From Candidatus Omnitrophota bacterium (GTDB taxonomy: Bacteria; Omnitrophota; Gorgyraeia; Pluralincolimonadales; Pluralincolimonadaceae), in the NCBI GenBank assembly GCA_003141835.1, contig PLNR01000009.1:136307-200306 (forward strand): a stretch of 64,000 bases of DNA, written 5' to 3'. This document shows positions 47,642 to 58,294 of this stretch, piece after piece. The first letter of the stretch is position 1; every line of letters begins with the position of its first letter. The notes beneath the pieces are model-generated. The model saw nothing but the letters and a program-made list of their open reading frames with translations, made no database searches and was not told where the DNA came from. Both the position numbers and the translations under genes were made by a program.

Positions 47642-49329
47642 CTGAACTTCAAATCTTTAAGTTGCAGTTGTATTGACTCCTGCCCCTGCCACACATTTAT
47701 CGAAGGCGTAAAAGCGAGATCGAAGACCAGCGAGGCGGAATCGAGTTTATAATCAAGGGCTTTCTTGAAACCGACCGCCTCGTAAGTCAGTTCCCCGTCC
47801 GTAACCCAGATCTTGAGCGTATTATAGTTTAGTATCTTCGGCTTCGCTTTAAGCGATAGCCCCTTTACCGCGAATACGGGCTTGCGGTTACCCACCCCGA
47901 ACGGCTCAAGCAATTCCAATTCTTTGAGGAATTTCCTCGTGATATCCTTAAGGGATATCCACGCGTCTATCTCGAGCCGCGGGACCAGGTCCAGGGGCCC
48001 GAGGACCTCGTGCGCCACGGCGTTCAAGCTGTCGCGGAAAGCGTCTATATTATCCCTGGAGATGGTTATGCCGGCCGCGTGCTCGTGCCCGCCGAACTCG
48101 ATCAGGTGCTCCTTGCATTTCGAGAGCGCCTCGAAAAGATGGAAATTCCTTATCGAACGCCCCGAGCCTTTCCCCCGGCCGAGGCCGTTTTCGTCAAAAG
48201 CCACAAGTATCGTAGGCCTGTAGAATTTTTCGACTATGCGCGAGGCGACTATCCCTATCACGCCTGGATGCCATTTATCGCCGTGGAGGACTATGACCCT
48301 GTGCTCCTTAAAATTCACTTCGCGCTCGACTTTCGAGACCGCCTCTTTAAGTATCGCCGCCTCCATCGCCTGCCGTTCGCGGTTGCTCTTATCAAGTTCC
48401 TCGGCAAGTTTCTTTCCCTCTTCCTTATCATCCGTCAGGAGCAGTTTGAGCGAATGCATCGACGAATTCATCCTGCCCGAGGCATTCAGCCGCGGCCCCA
48501 GGATGAATCCCACCGTCTCGGTATAAAATTCCTTCTTCTTCCCTATACCGGCGACTTCCATGAGCGCCCTTAAGCCCGCCCTCTGCGTCGTCGCGAGATA
48601 TTTCAGGCCGTGTTTAACGAGCACCCTGTTCTCCCCGGTGAGAGGCGCGACATCCGATATCGTCCCGAGCGCAACCAGGTCCAGGTCCTCTTCCCTGCTC
48701 CAGCCTAATGCCTGCGCCAATTTATAGACAAGGCCAACGCTGGCGAGATGTTTGTAGGGATAGCCGGAGCCCTGTACGAACGGGTCTAGAATCGCTAATG
48801 ACTCAGGCAGGTGGTCCTTTACGGGCTGGTGGTGGTCGACGATTATGGAATCGATGTGATGTTTATTTAAGAAATCTACCTCTTCGGCGGCGGTAATGCC
48901 GCAGTCGACCGCGATGACAAGTTTCGCGCCGTCCTTGCGCGCGCTCTCAAGCGCGCCGAGATTAAGGCCGTATCCCTCCTTTACGCGGTCAGGGATATAA
49001 TTATGCGCGTGGGCGCCGTATCTTTTCAGCGTCGTATATAACAACGCCGTGGCGGTCAGGCCGTCGACGTCGTAATCGCCGTAAACGAGGATGCGCTCTT
49101 TATTATCTATTGCAGACCTTATCCGGGCAACCGCTTTCTCCATGTCCTTGAAAAGGAAAGGGTCATGGAGTGACGGGAGGTCGCATGTGAGGAAATCACG
49201 GGCTTCCTGCGGGTTCCTTACCCCCCTTTTTGTGAGCAGGCAGGCGAGGACAGGCGAGATACCGAGGGCCTCGGCAAGGCCGGGGGCGGCGCTGTCGTCT
49301 AACGATTCTACTTCCCACGCCTTTTGCAT
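47638..49329 (-). CDS. recJ: Single-stranded DNA exonuclease RecJ
   Basis: GDYDVDG, DCG, DHH, PRLNASGR, GGH..AAG motifs. Confidence 0.97.
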   Translation of the reverse strand: MQKAWEVESLDDSAAPGLAEALGISPVLACLLTKRGVRNPQEARDFLTCDLPSLHDPFLFKDMEKAVARIRSAIDNKERILVYGDYDVDGLTATALLYTTLKRYGAHAHNYIPDRVKEGYGLNLGALESARKDGAKLVIAVDCGITAAEEVDFLNKHHIDSIIVDHHQPVKDHLPESLAILDPFVQGSGYPYKHLASVGLVYKLAQALGWSREEDLDLVALGTISDVAPLTGENRVLVKHGLKYLATTQRAGLRALMEVAGIGKKKEFYTETVGFILGPRLNASGRMNSSMHSLKLLLTDDKEEGKKLAEELDKSNRERQAMEAAILKEAVSKVEREVNFKEHRVIVLHGDKWHPGVIGIVASRIVEKFYRPTILVAFDENGLGRGKGSGRSIRNFHLFEALSKCKEHLIEFGGHEHAAGITISRDNIDAFRDSLNAVAHEVLGPLDLVPRLEIDAWISLKDITRKFLKELELLEPFGVGNRKPVFAVKGLSLKAKPKILNYNTLKIWVTDGELTYEAVGFKKALDYKLDSASLVFDLAFTPSINVWQGQESIQLQLKDLKFS

Positions 49330-49330
49330 A

Positions 49331-50197
49331 TCAGGCGGGCTCTATATGGACGATGACGTCTTTGGTCCCCGGGAACCTTTCGCGGAGGCGTTTTTCTATC
49401 GCGGTTGAAAGCTCGTGCGCTTTACCTACTGGCATGTTCTTGTCCACGGTAACGTGAAGATCCACGTGGATGTCATCCTGGCGGCCGCGCGTCCTTATCC
49501 TATGGCAACCGACTATCTCTTTCAGATCGGAAAGGGCCGCGCAGATCTCCTGCACGTCGATGACGGCGTAATCGGTAAGGACCCTCGAGCTGTGCTTGAG
49601 TATCCCTACGCCTATGTAGGCGATGAACAGGGATATGATTATGCCGGCGATGACATCTATTATCGGCAGGCCCATCTTGACGCTTACAAGGCTCACGATG
49701 ACCATGATCGAGGTGAAGATGTCCGAACCGGTGTGCAGGGAATCGGCAACGAGGAAATCGCTTCCGAGCTCTTTGCCTTTTTTGTATTCATACCTCATCA
49801 CGCCGACATTCACGGCCAGGGTCACGCCCATCACGATGAAGCTGCCAAGGTTGGCAACGGGATTGATAAGTTCCTGGTGAGAAAGCTTGTGTATGGACGC
49901 TTTGATAAGCTCGAACGAGATGAGGAAAAGCGCCATGGCTATAGCCATAGACGCGAGCGTCTCGTATTTCCCGTGGCCGTAAGGGTGCCCCGCGTCCCTC
50001 GGCCGGGAGGCGACCGCTATTCCTATCAGGCCGATGATATTAGACGACCCGTCCGAGAGCGAATGGAAACCGTCGGCCGACATGGCCAGCGATTGCGTCA
50101 TGAGGCCGTACACTATCTTGGCCGCGGCTACTCCCCAGTTGAGGACGAGTATCCACAAAAGGATCTTTCTTATCTGTACGTACTTGTTATTTCCCAA
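49331..50197 (-). CDS. Cation diffusion facilitator (FieF-like) transporter
   Basis: ADGFHSLSD, HPYGHGK.E, ADSLH..SD, VIVHIEP motifs. Confidence 0.92.
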   Translation of the reverse strand: MGNNKYVQIRKILLWILVLNWGVAAAKIVYGLMTQSLAMSADGFHSLSDGSSNIIGLIGIAVASRPRDAGHPYGHGKYETLASMAIAMALFLISFELIKASIHKLSHQELINPVANLGSFIVMGVTLAVNVGVMRYEYKKGKELGSDFLVADSLHTGSDIFTSIMVIVSLVSVKMGLPIIDVIAGIIISLFIAYIGVGILKHSSRVLTDYAVIDVQEICAALSDLKEIVGCHRIRTRGRQDDIHVDLHVTVDKNMPVGKAHELSTAIEKRLRERFPGTKDVIVHIEPA

Positions 50198-52430
50198 TTA
50201 CCTTTTTCCTCGGCTGGAACGCCAATACTAGCGGGCTCGTGATATAAACGGTCGAATAGACGCCCAGGAAGAAGCCCACCAGCAGGGCGAACGAGAAGTT
50301 GCTCAAGACTTCGCCGCCCCATGTGTATATGGCGAATACCGTAAGCAGCGTAACGCCCGTGGTCAACACTGTCCTCGAGAGCGTTTGGTTGACGCTTAAG
50401 TTTATAAGCTCATAAAGGCTGAGCTTGCGGTTCAGCGGCCTGTTCTCCCTGACGCGGTCATACACGACGATCGTATCGCTTATGGAATAACCGGCGATGG
50501 TAAGGAGCGCCGTGACGCTCAACAGGTCTATCGGTATCTTCGCCATGGCCATGATACCCAGCGTAAGCAAGACATCATGGAAGATGCCGATGACGCCTGC
50601 AAGAGCGAAGTTAAAGTCCTTGAACCTGAACGCTATGTAGATCAGGATGCCGATCAGCGACCCGATTATAGCGTATATGGCCTTCGCCCTCAGCTGCTGT
50701 CCGGCGACAGGCCCGACGTGCTCCGTCTTAAGGACCTGTATCTCCTGGTCCGGGAATTTCTGCTTTAGTTTATCGGTGATCAGTTTATTCTTGTCGATGG
50801 CGGTCCTGATAAGGAGGACGCGCGGGTTCTCCTTGAACTGCTGTATCTGCGCGTTGCCGAGTTTCAGTTCATCAAGGGCTTTGCGCACTTCATCCATAGG
50901 CGGCTGGGTCTTGAACATATACTCCTGAAGCTCGCCTCCGACAAAATCTATGCCATAGGCCCTCTCCCCTTTCGAGAAGAACGAGAATAGGCCTACCGCG
51001 ATCAATATCACCGATATCGAAAAGAATATGAACCTGCCGCGGATAAAATCGATCTTCGTGTTCCTAAAGAGGTGCAGCATCGGCAGGGATTTGACCCATC
51101 CCTTATCCATCAGGAATTCCAATACGATGCGAGTAACGATAATGGCGGTAAACAAGCTCGATACGACGCCGATTATCAATGTGACAGCGAAACCCCTGAT
51201 CGGGCCGGTGCCGAACTGGAAGAGCAGGACCGCCGCGATGAGGTTCGTGACATGCGAGTCGAGGATGGCGCTGAACGCGCGGTTATAACCGTGGTCGACC
51301 GCCATGCGGAGCGACCTGCCTAGGTTCAACTCCTCCCTTATGCGCTCGTTTATCAGGACGTTCGCGTCGATAGCCATACCTAATGACAACGCGATACCCG
51401 CGATGCCCGGCAACGTTAACGTCGCCGATACGCCGGGGAAGAGGTAAGGCAGGATCGACATCGAGCCGAGTATGATAAGGAAGTTGAGTATAAGCGCTAT
51501 ATCCGATATAAGGCCGGATAAAAGATAATAAACGGCCATGAAAACGATCACAAATATGATACCGATAAGCGTTGCCTTTATGCCTTTATTGATCGAGTCC
51601 TGTCCCAATAACGGGCCGACCGTCCTCTCCTCCTCGATAGACATGGGAGCCGGCAGCGCGCCGACCCTCAAGACCGTGGAGAGGTCTTTCGCCTGGTCTA
51701 TGTTAAACCTTCCCGTTATAGACGCCTGCCCTGACGGGATGGGCTCGTTGATATTAGGGGCAGACTGCACTTTTCCGTCCAGAATAATGGCCAGCCGCCT
51801 GCCGACGTTCTCGCTCGTTATCCTGGCAAATTTCTTGGCCCCTTCGGAGTTGAACTCCAGGCTTACGCCGGGTTCGTTGAACTTGTTCGTGTCGAAATGT
51901 ATCGCGGCGTTCGTTATCGCCTCGCCGGTCATGAGGACCTGTTTCTCTAAAAGTATGGGTTCGTTATCTTCGGAGTATTTAAGCTCATAACCGTCCGGCA
52001 CGTTGCCGCCTATCGCCTGTTTCAATTTATCCGGTTCGTTGGCCACGAGCTTGAACTCGAGCATAGCGGTCTGGCCGATGATGCTCAATGCGCGTTCACG
52101 GTCTGTTACGCCGGGCAACTGGACTACTATCTCATCCGTCCCCTGCCTCTGGATGGCCGGCTCCCTGACGCCGAACTGGTCTATCCTGTTCCTTAAAACC
52201 TCTATCGCCCTGTCGGCCGCGTCATTCTTTGAGCTGGCAGGCAGCTTGCTGGTATCCACCTTGAGCAAAAGATGCATGCCGCCCTGGAGGTCGAGGCCTA
52301 ATTTTATCTTGCCTTCCCTTATGACCTTGCCGTCCTTGTCCTTGATGTCAAACGGCGGATATATGACCCAAAGGCATGCCGCCGCCAAACCGAGTATCGC
52401 TAATATCTGCCAGGCTTGTCCTCTCTTCAT
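50187..52430 (-). CDS. secDF: Fused protein translocase subunit SecDF
   Basis: LGLDLQGG, G.LP, GMAIDANV (SecD) and GIDF.GG, GYS..DTIVV.DRVRE (SecF). Confidence 0.95.
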   Translation of the reverse strand: MKRGQAWQILAILGLAAACLWVIYPPFDIKDKDGKVIREGKIKLGLDLQGGMHLLLKVDTSKLPASSKNDAADRAIEVLRNRIDQFGVREPAIQRQGTDEIVVQLPGVTDRERALSIIGQTAMLEFKLVANEPDKLKQAIGGNVPDGYELKYSEDNEPILLEKQVLMTGEAITNAAIHFDTNKFNEPGVSLEFNSEGAKKFARITSENVGRRLAIILDGKVQSAPNINEPIPSGQASITGRFNIDQAKDLSTVLRVGALPAPMSIEEERTVGPLLGQDSINKGIKATLIGIIFVIVFMAVYYLLSGLISDIALILNFLIILGSMSILPYLFPGVSATLTLPGIAGIALSLGMAIDANVLINERIREELNLGRSLRMAVDHGYNRAFSAILDSHVTNLIAAVLLFQFGTGPIRGFAVTLIIGVVSSLFTAIIVTRIVLEFLMDKGWVKSLPMLHLFRNTKIDFIRGRFIFFSISVILIAVGLFSFFSKGERAYGIDFVGGELQEYMFKTQPPMDEVRKALDELKLGNAQIQQFKENPRVLLIRTAIDKNKLITDKLKQKFPDQEIQVLKTEHVGPVAGQQLRAKAIYAIIGSLIGILIYIAFRFKDFNFALAGVIGIFHDVLLTLGIMAMAKIPIDLLSVTALLTIAGYSISDTIVVYDRVRENRPLNRKLSLYELINLSVNQTLSRTVLTTGVTLLTVFAIYTWGGEVLSNFSFALLVGFFLGVYSTVYITSPLVLAFQPRKKVIGK

Positions 52431-52720
52431 TTCTCCTCTCCTGTCCTCTTCTTGGTTGTAAAGGCGATCGCGTATTTTTCGACTTCGACCTTGGTATTAT
52501 CGTCAATACGCAGCACCACCGACGTATCTTTCACGTTGATAACGGTGCCGTGTATGCCGCCGCTCGTGACGACCTCATCGTTCTTGGCGAGAGCCTTGAG
52601 CATCCCCTCGTGCTCTTTCTTCTGTTTCTGCTGGGGCTTTATGAGCAGGAAATAAAATACCACAAATATGAGGATCAGTGGTAAAAAACTTATTATCGGG
52701 TTTGCGCTTTGCTGGTCCAT
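52427..52720 (-). CDS. yajC: Preprotein translocase subunit YajC
   Basis: FYFLLIKPQQK and VVTSGGIHG motifs. Confidence 0.95.
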   Translation of the reverse strand: MDQQSANPIISFLPLILIFVVFYFLLIKPQQKQKKEHEGMLKALAKNDEVVTSGGIHGTVINVKDTSVVLRIDDNTKVEVEKYAIAFTTKKRTGEEK

Positions 52721-52734
52721 TGTCTTCCCTTTCT

Positions 52735-53877
52735 TTAAGTTGTTACTTTCTCTTTGGTTTCGTACCTCTCCGTAAAATCAGCCCTGAGCTTCACGAACTT
52801 CCCGTCCTTTATCGCCTGCCTCATCTTCTTCATGAGGCTTTGGTAAAAATATATGTTGTGGAGCGACACCAGTTTCAAACCGAGGATCTCGTCGGTATTG
52901 AAGAGGTGCCTGATATAGCTCTTCGTGTGGTTCCTGCAGGCGTAGCACCCGCACCCTTCTTCTATCGGCCCCAGGTCCTTAGAGTTTACCGCCGTCCTGA
53001 CCGAGAAGCGCCCATTCGAAGTAAAAGCGGTCCCGTTCCTGCCGTTCCTCGTAGGGACCACGCAATCAAACATATCAATTCCCAAAGATACCGCGTCGAA
53101 GAGGTCCTGCGGCTCTCCGACGCCCATAAGGTAGCGCGGCTTATCCTCAGGAAGGAGCTCAACCGTAAATTCCGTCATCTCGTTGGTGATCTCGCGCGGC
53201 TCGCCGACGGCGAGGCCGCCCAGCGCGTAACCGTCAAAATCCATCTTCACCAGCATCTTCGCGCAATCTTCCCTCAGGTCCTTATACGAAGCGCCCTGCA
53301 CTATGCCGAACAAGCATTGCTTCTTATTCGGCCTGAAACCAAAATCCTTTTCGAGCCGCTCCCTGGAATGCCTCGCCCAATCGAGGGTCCTTACGACCGC
53401 GCGCTTCGCCATCTCGTATTCGCAGGGGTAATGTACGCACTCGTCAAGCACCATCATTATATCACTTCCGAGGCTTGTCTGGAACTCCAGCATCTTCTCC
53501 GGGGTGAGCATATGCCTCGAGCCGTCTATATGCGACTGGAACTCGACGCCCTCGTCGCTCACTTTACGCAGCAACGCAAGGCTGAAGACCTGGAACCCTC
53601 CCGAGTCCGTAAGTATGGGCTTATCCCAATTCATGAATTTATGCAGCCCGCCCGCGTTTTTTATTATCTCTTCCCCGGGCCGCAGGTAGAGGTGGTACGC
53701 GTTCGACAAAAGTATCTGCACGCCGCAATCATCGAGCTCGTTATTCGAGAGGGTCTTTACCGTCGCCTGCGTCCCGACCGGCATGAACGCGGGGGTATCG
53801 AATTCGCCGTGCGATGTCTTTACCCTTCCCGCACGGGCCTTCGTCCCCTTATCCTTCGCGATTATCTCTATTTTCAT
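52735..53877 (-). CDS. tgt: Queuine tRNA-guanine transglycosylase
   Basis: TP.FMPVGT, TDSGGFQ, DMFDCV.PTR and CxCxxC...H zinc site. Confidence 0.97.
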   Translation of the reverse strand: MKIEIIAKDKGTKARAGRVKTSHGEFDTPAFMPVGTQATVKTLSNNELDDCGVQILLSNAYHLYLRPGEEIIKNAGGLHKFMNWDKPILTDSGGFQVFSLALLRKVSDEGVEFQSHIDGSRHMLTPEKMLEFQTSLGSDIMMVLDECVHYPCEYEMAKRAVVRTLDWARHSRERLEKDFGFRPNKKQCLFGIVQGASYKDLREDCAKMLVKMDFDGYALGGLAVGEPREITNEMTEFTVELLPEDKPRYLMGVGEPQDLFDAVSLGIDMFDCVVPTRNGRNGTAFTSNGRFSVRTAVNSKDLGPIEEGCGCYACRNHTKSYIRHLFNTDEILGLKLVSLHNIYFYQSLMKKMRQAIKDGKFVKLRADFTERYETKEKVTT

Positions 53878-54917
53878 ATTATCAGCATCGAGTCGCCGTA
53901 ACTGTAAAACCGGTACTTCTCTTTTACGGCCTCCTCATAGGCCTGGAACAGGACTTCCTTGCCGCAGAAAGCCGCGACCAGCATGAGCAGCGTCGTCTTA
54001 GGCAGGTGGAAATTCGTGACCAGCGCGTCGACAAACTTGAAATTATACGGCGGGTATATGAAAAGCCCGGTCCATCCCTTCCCCTTCTCTACGCGATTCT
54101 CGGAACCCTTGACGAGCCGAGCCTGGTTCTCCAGCACCCTGCAGGTGGTCGTCCCGACCGCGAATATCTTCCCGCCTTTTTCTTTCACGCCGTTCACCCT
54201 CAGCGCAGCCTCTTCCTTCAATTCAAAAACCTCGGGTTCTAACTTATGCTTCGTTACGTCGTCTGCCGAAACGGGCTTGAACGTCCCGTACCCGACGTGC
54301 AGGGTTACCGACTCGACCGATGCGCCCTTTGCCTTGATATTTTTTAATACCTCATCGCTGAAATGCAGTCCGGCGGTCGGGGCCGCGACAGCTCCCGGCG
54401 ACCTGGCATAGACGGTCTGGTACCTCTCCTCGTCGGCTTTTTCCGGCGGGCGCTTTATATAAGGCGGCAACGGCACGATGCCTATCTTATCCAATATGGC
54501 ACTGAAATCGGCGCCGTTTATGCTGAATTCGATAAGCCTTATCCCCTCGCTCTCGCCGCGGATGACGCCGGTAAGCTCGCCGTCCCCGAACGTGAATTTC
54601 GTGCCTACCTTTATTTTCGTGGAAGTGTCTATCAGGCACTTATAGAGCCTGTCGCTCATCTTCTCTATAAGCGTTATCTCGGCCTTCGCGGCGGTATCGG
54701 CCCTCTTCGCCGGGAGCCTCGCCTTTATGACCTTCGTGTCGTTGACGACAAGGCAGTCGGCCGGCCCGATATAATCGGCCAGATCGCGGAAATTCCTGTG
54801 CTCTATCTTCTTCGATATCTTATGCACTACCATCAGCCGCGAGGCGTCCCGCGCCTTCGCGGGATATTGCGCGATCAGCTCCTCAGGGAGCTTATAATCG
54901 AATTCGCTCAGTCTCAT
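53874..54917 (-). CDS. queA: SAM:tRNA ribosyltransferase-isomerase
   Basis: LIAQ.P, PLPPYI, AAPTAGLHF, TNFHLP, YRFYSYGD motifs. Confidence 0.97.
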   Translation of the reverse strand: MRLSEFDYKLPEELIAQYPAKARDASRLMVVHKISKKIEHRNFRDLADYIGPADCLVVNDTKVIKARLPAKRADTAAKAEITLIEKMSDRLYKCLIDTSTKIKVGTKFTFGDGELTGVIRGESEGIRLIEFSINGADFSAILDKIGIVPLPPYIKRPPEKADEERYQTVYARSPGAVAAPTAGLHFSDEVLKNIKAKGASVESVTLHVGYGTFKPVSADDVTKHKLEPEVFELKEEAALRVNGVKEKGGKIFAVGTTTCRVLENQARLVKGSENRVEKGKGWTGLFIYPPYNFKFVDALVTNFHLPKTTLLMLVAAFCGKEVLFQAYEEAVKEKYRFYSYGDSMLII

Positions 54918-56086
54918 CTGGCATCCTTATAGTCGGTTATCTTTGAGCCCGGATAATAAAATTCAAGTATCTCGGACGCATTCTTCCCGGCGCGCGACAT
55001 GTAATAAGCGCCCCACTGGCACATGCCCACGCCGTGCCCCCAACCCAGTCCCTCGAAGGCCACATATTCCCCTACCAATGTGACCTTGAAATTCGTGCTC
55101 CTTACGATATCGGCCCCTATTATCCGCCTGAAATCCTTGGCGAGGATGACCGACTCCCCTTTATCGCCTTTGATCTTTAATTCCAATATCCGCGCCGAGA
55201 AAGGGTCCCTTTTTGTTGTCTCAAACCCGATTATATCGCCCACCGAATAACCGGCGGCGGCAAGTTTCTCTTCTGTCTCTGTTACCGACAACCATTTCTC
55301 CCAGTTGAAGTGCGGGGATTTCCTGCACCACCTGCACTTGACCCCTTTCAGGGGAGGAAGGTCTATATTCCAAAGGTAAGCGGCATCGAACGTGCTGCCG
55401 CCGCATGTGGCGTGGAAGAATGCCGGGAATACCGCCCCGTCATATGTCAGGACCTTGTCCCTGGTCTCGTCCACTGCCCTGTTAGTGCGCCACTTCTCGG
55501 AAAAGATCCCCCCGTAGACCTGGGAGCCCACATCCGCCGTGACGTCGTAATCTTTCGCCTTCGATTCGTTTATCTGGTTAAGCGCGTAAGTCCTCGCAGC
55601 TATCGCCTGGGCCTTGAGCGACTCCATCGGCCACCACGTCGAGACCTCATTGCGCATGACCCCGTAGAGATATTCCTCGATGTCGACCGCGTTTACGACG
55701 GTCAGTTTATTGCCGTCCTTAAAAACCCTTATTTCGCCCCTGAATATGCGCCCGTTTATATAGACACGCGAGCCGCCTACCGGCTCGACCGAGATCGCGC
55801 TGGCGTTGAGCTCTTTCCCGTCCAGCTTGAACCCTGTCTCAGTTGCGGTCAAGTCGGTTTCGGACAGGTACTTCTCCTCCAGGATGACGCTTTTGGAGAG
55901 ATAGTCTATTATTTTGAAATTCCCCGCGATGAATATCTTTACCGAATCGGCGCCTTTCGCGACCGCGACGCGGACGAGGATGGGCTCCCTCGGGGCCGCG
56001 GGATCCTGGGCGCAGGGGCATATAGGCGTGATAACGACGGATATAGCCGCGCAGATCATCAAGAAACTGAGGCGGGTTCGCATCAC
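54914..56086 (-). CDS. SpoIID/LytB domain protein
   Basis: EEYLYGV..E, LKAQAIAARTY, QVY.G, GHGVGMCQWGA motifs. Confidence 0.92.
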   Translation of the reverse strand: MMRTRLSFLMICAAISVVITPICPCAQDPAAPREPILVRVAVAKGADSVKIFIAGNFKIIDYLSKSVILEEKYLSETDLTATETGFKLDGKELNASAISVEPVGGSRVYINGRIFRGEIRVFKDGNKLTVVNAVDIEEYLYGVMRNEVSTWWPMESLKAQAIAARTYALNQINESKAKDYDVTADVGSQVYGGIFSEKWRTNRAVDETRDKVLTYDGAVFPAFFHATCGGSTFDAAYLWNIDLPPLKGVKCRWCRKSPHFNWEKWLSVTETEEKLAAAGYSVGDIIGFETTKRDPFSARILELKIKGDKGESVILAKDFRRIIGADIVRSTNFKVTLVGEYVAFEGLGWGHGVGMCQWGAYYMSRAGKNASEILEFYYPGSKITDYKDAR

Positions 56087-56089
56087 TCT

Positions 56090-57142
56090 CTAAAAAAGCT
56101 CCTTCTGTGTCTCTTTTGCCGAAGGGGCTTTGAAATGTTCGTACGCCAGCTTGGTCGCTTCCCTGCCGCGCGGGGTGCGTTTCAAAAGGCCCACCTTCAA
56201 AAGGAACGGTTCGACCACGTCCGAGATCGTATCGGCTTCTTCGTTCAAAGTGGCAGCAAGGGATTCTATGCCGACGGGCCCGCCGCTATACGTATCTATA
56301 ATTGCTTTCATGACTTTCCTGTCGAGCGCGTCGAGGCCCATCTCGTCGATGCCGAGCATCGCCAGGGCCTTGTCTACAATCCCCCTGTCGACCTTGCCGT
56401 CATTCTTTACCTCGGCGTAATCCCTCACCCTGCGCAGGAGCCTGTTTGCGATGCGAGGAGTACCTCTGGCACGACGAGCGATCTCGGCAGCTGAATCCTT
56501 GTCCAACTCTATCTTGAGTATCTTAGCGGAGCGCTTGATTATCTGCACCAGCTCCTCGGCCGCATAAAAATCGAGGTTGTAGAGCATTCCGAACCTGCTG
56601 CGCATCGGGGCGCTCAATAGCCCGGAGCGGGTAGTCGCACCGATGAGCGTGAACGGTTTCAAATTGAATTTTATCGTCTTGGCGTAGGGGCCCTTGTCGA
56701 TGACGAAATCTATCTGGTAATTCTCCATCGCCGGATACAGGAATTCCTCAACGATCTTCGAGAGGCGGTGGATCTCGTCTATGAAAAGGATATCGCCTTC
56801 GCCGAGGTTTGTAAGGATTCCTATGAGGTCGCCGGCCTTCGCGATCGCCGGCCCGGATGTGGCGGTTATCTTCGTCCCCATCTCGCCGGCTATTATATGG
56901 GCAAGCGTGGTCTTGCCGAGGCCGGGCGGCCCGGAGAATAGCACGTGCTCGAGCGGCTCTTTCCTCTTCTTTGCGGCCGATACTGCGATGAGCAGGTTAT
57001 CGACGACCGCCTTCTGCCCGACGAACTCAGAGACCTTCGCGGGGCGCAGGGAAAGGTTCAATATTATATCTTCCTCTGTCTCCTGGATGAAGACGAGTTT
57101 TTCCCGCAGCTGCCCTTCTTTGCCTTTTTTCTCTTCGTTCAT
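56090..57142 (-). CDS. ruvB: Holliday junction helicase RuvB
   Basis: SLRP, GPPGLGKTT, FIDEIHR, RGTPRIANRLL motifs. Confidence 0.97.
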   Translation of the reverse strand: MNEEKKGKEGQLREKLVFIQETEEDIILNLSLRPAKVSEFVGQKAVVDNLLIAVSAAKKRKEPLEHVLFSGPPGLGKTTLAHIIAGEMGTKITATSGPAIAKAGDLIGILTNLGEGDILFIDEIHRLSKIVEEFLYPAMENYQIDFVIDKGPYAKTIKFNLKPFTLIGATTRSGLLSAPMRSRFGMLYNLDFYAAEELVQIIKRSAKILKIELDKDSAAEIARRARGTPRIANRLLRRVRDYAEVKNDGKVDRGIVDKALAMLGIDEMGLDALDRKVMKAIIDTYSGGPVGIESLAATLNEEADTISDVVEPFLLKVGLLKRTPRGREATKLAYEHFKAPSAKETQKELF

Positions 57143-57771
57143 TTGGAATGTTTCTTGTTTTTATAGACTTCGTTTAACAGGTCTTCCGCGGTCTTGATCC
57201 CCGGCGAGCGCTCGAGCGCCTTCTGTATCATCTCTTTGGCTTCCGGCTTCTTGTACTGCAATTGCAGCAATATCTCGACCGCTTCTTCGACAAAATCCGC
57301 CTCCTTCGCGACCGTTATCTCTACGCCGTATTCCTGTATCAGCCCGAATTTCCCGAGCTTGTTCTGGAGCTTGGCGACGATCTCCTTGGCGCGCTGTTCC
57401 CCGATGCCGGGCAGGGATTTGAGCGCGGCGAGGTCGCCGTCGGCTATCGCCTTCACTACCTGCGGTATCGATGCATTCAACGCCCTGACCGCGGCTTTGG
57501 GCCCGATGCCGGAAACGGTGATGAACTTCTCGAAAAATTCTTTCTCTATTTCGTTCAGGAAACCTATGAGGACGGGTATGCTGCGGGCGGGATCCGTATG
57601 GTGGTAATGGTACGTTATAAGTTTGATGGAGCCGTCCGGGGAGATATTGGCGTCGATCGATTTCATGACGCAGCCCGGGATCAATACTTCATAAGAGAAG
57701 CCGCCGTCTACGTCGATGATGAGGGACGAGCTCTTGCGTTTGGCTATCTTGCCGCGGATATGAGATATCAT
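57139..57771 (-). CDS. ruvA: Holliday junction binding protein RuvA
   Basis: VSGIGPK and LPGIG helix-hairpin-helix motifs; between ruvC and ruvB. Confidence 0.93.
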   Translation of the reverse strand: MISHIRGKIAKRKSSSLIIDVDGGFSYEVLIPGCVMKSIDANISPDGSIKLITYHYHHTDPARSIPVLIGFLNEIEKEFFEKFITVSGIGPKAAVRALNASIPQVVKAIADGDLAALKSLPGIGEQRAKEIVAKLQNKLGKFGLIQEYGVEITVAKEADFVEEAVEILLQLQYKKPEAKEMIQKALERSPGIKTAEDLLNEVYKNKKHSK

Positions 57772-57796
57772 CCTATTAACCTGCTCGCTGAGGATA

Positions 57797-58294
57797 TCAT
57801 CTTGACCTGGTTATCCCGTCCATCCGGGAGATGTGTGCGTGTGCGACCGCGAGCGCCAGGGCGTCGGAGATATCAGGCGGATTCGGGGCCGATTTCATAT
57901 TGAAAAGGTTTTGTATCATGCGCTGCATCTGGTATTTGCTAGCGTGCCCCGCGCCTGTGACCGCCTTTTTTACGCGCGTCGCCGAATATCCGACTAGTTC
58001 CGTCCCGGTCTCTTTCGCCAGGAGGCATATCGCGCCGCGGGCGTGGCCCATGAGTATGGATGTTACCGGGTGTTTGTAATGGGAATATAGCTGCTCCAGG
58101 ACCAGCACGTCCGGCTTAGATTCCTTGACGAGGCTTTTTATCCCGTCATATATCTTTTCTATCCTCGCCTCGACCTTCTCTTTCGCCGAGGTCCTCACGA
58201 CACCCGCTTCAATGAGCTTTATTCCTTTCGGCCCGGCCTCTATAAGGCCATAACCGGTAATGCACAGACCTGGGTCGATACCCAGTATCTTCAT
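57797..58294 (-). CDS. ruvC: Crossover junction endodeoxyribonuclease RuvC
   Basis: ILGIDPG, ARG, K.AVTG.G.A.K, D..DALA motifs. Confidence 0.96.
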   Translation of the reverse strand: MKILGIDPGLCITGYGLIEAGPKGIKLIEAGVVRTSAKEKVEARIEKIYDGIKSLVKESKPDVLVLEQLYSHYKHPVTSILMGHARGAICLLAKETGTELVGYSATRVKKAVTGAGHASKYQMQRMIQNLFNMKSAPNPPDISDALALAVAHAHISRMDGITRSR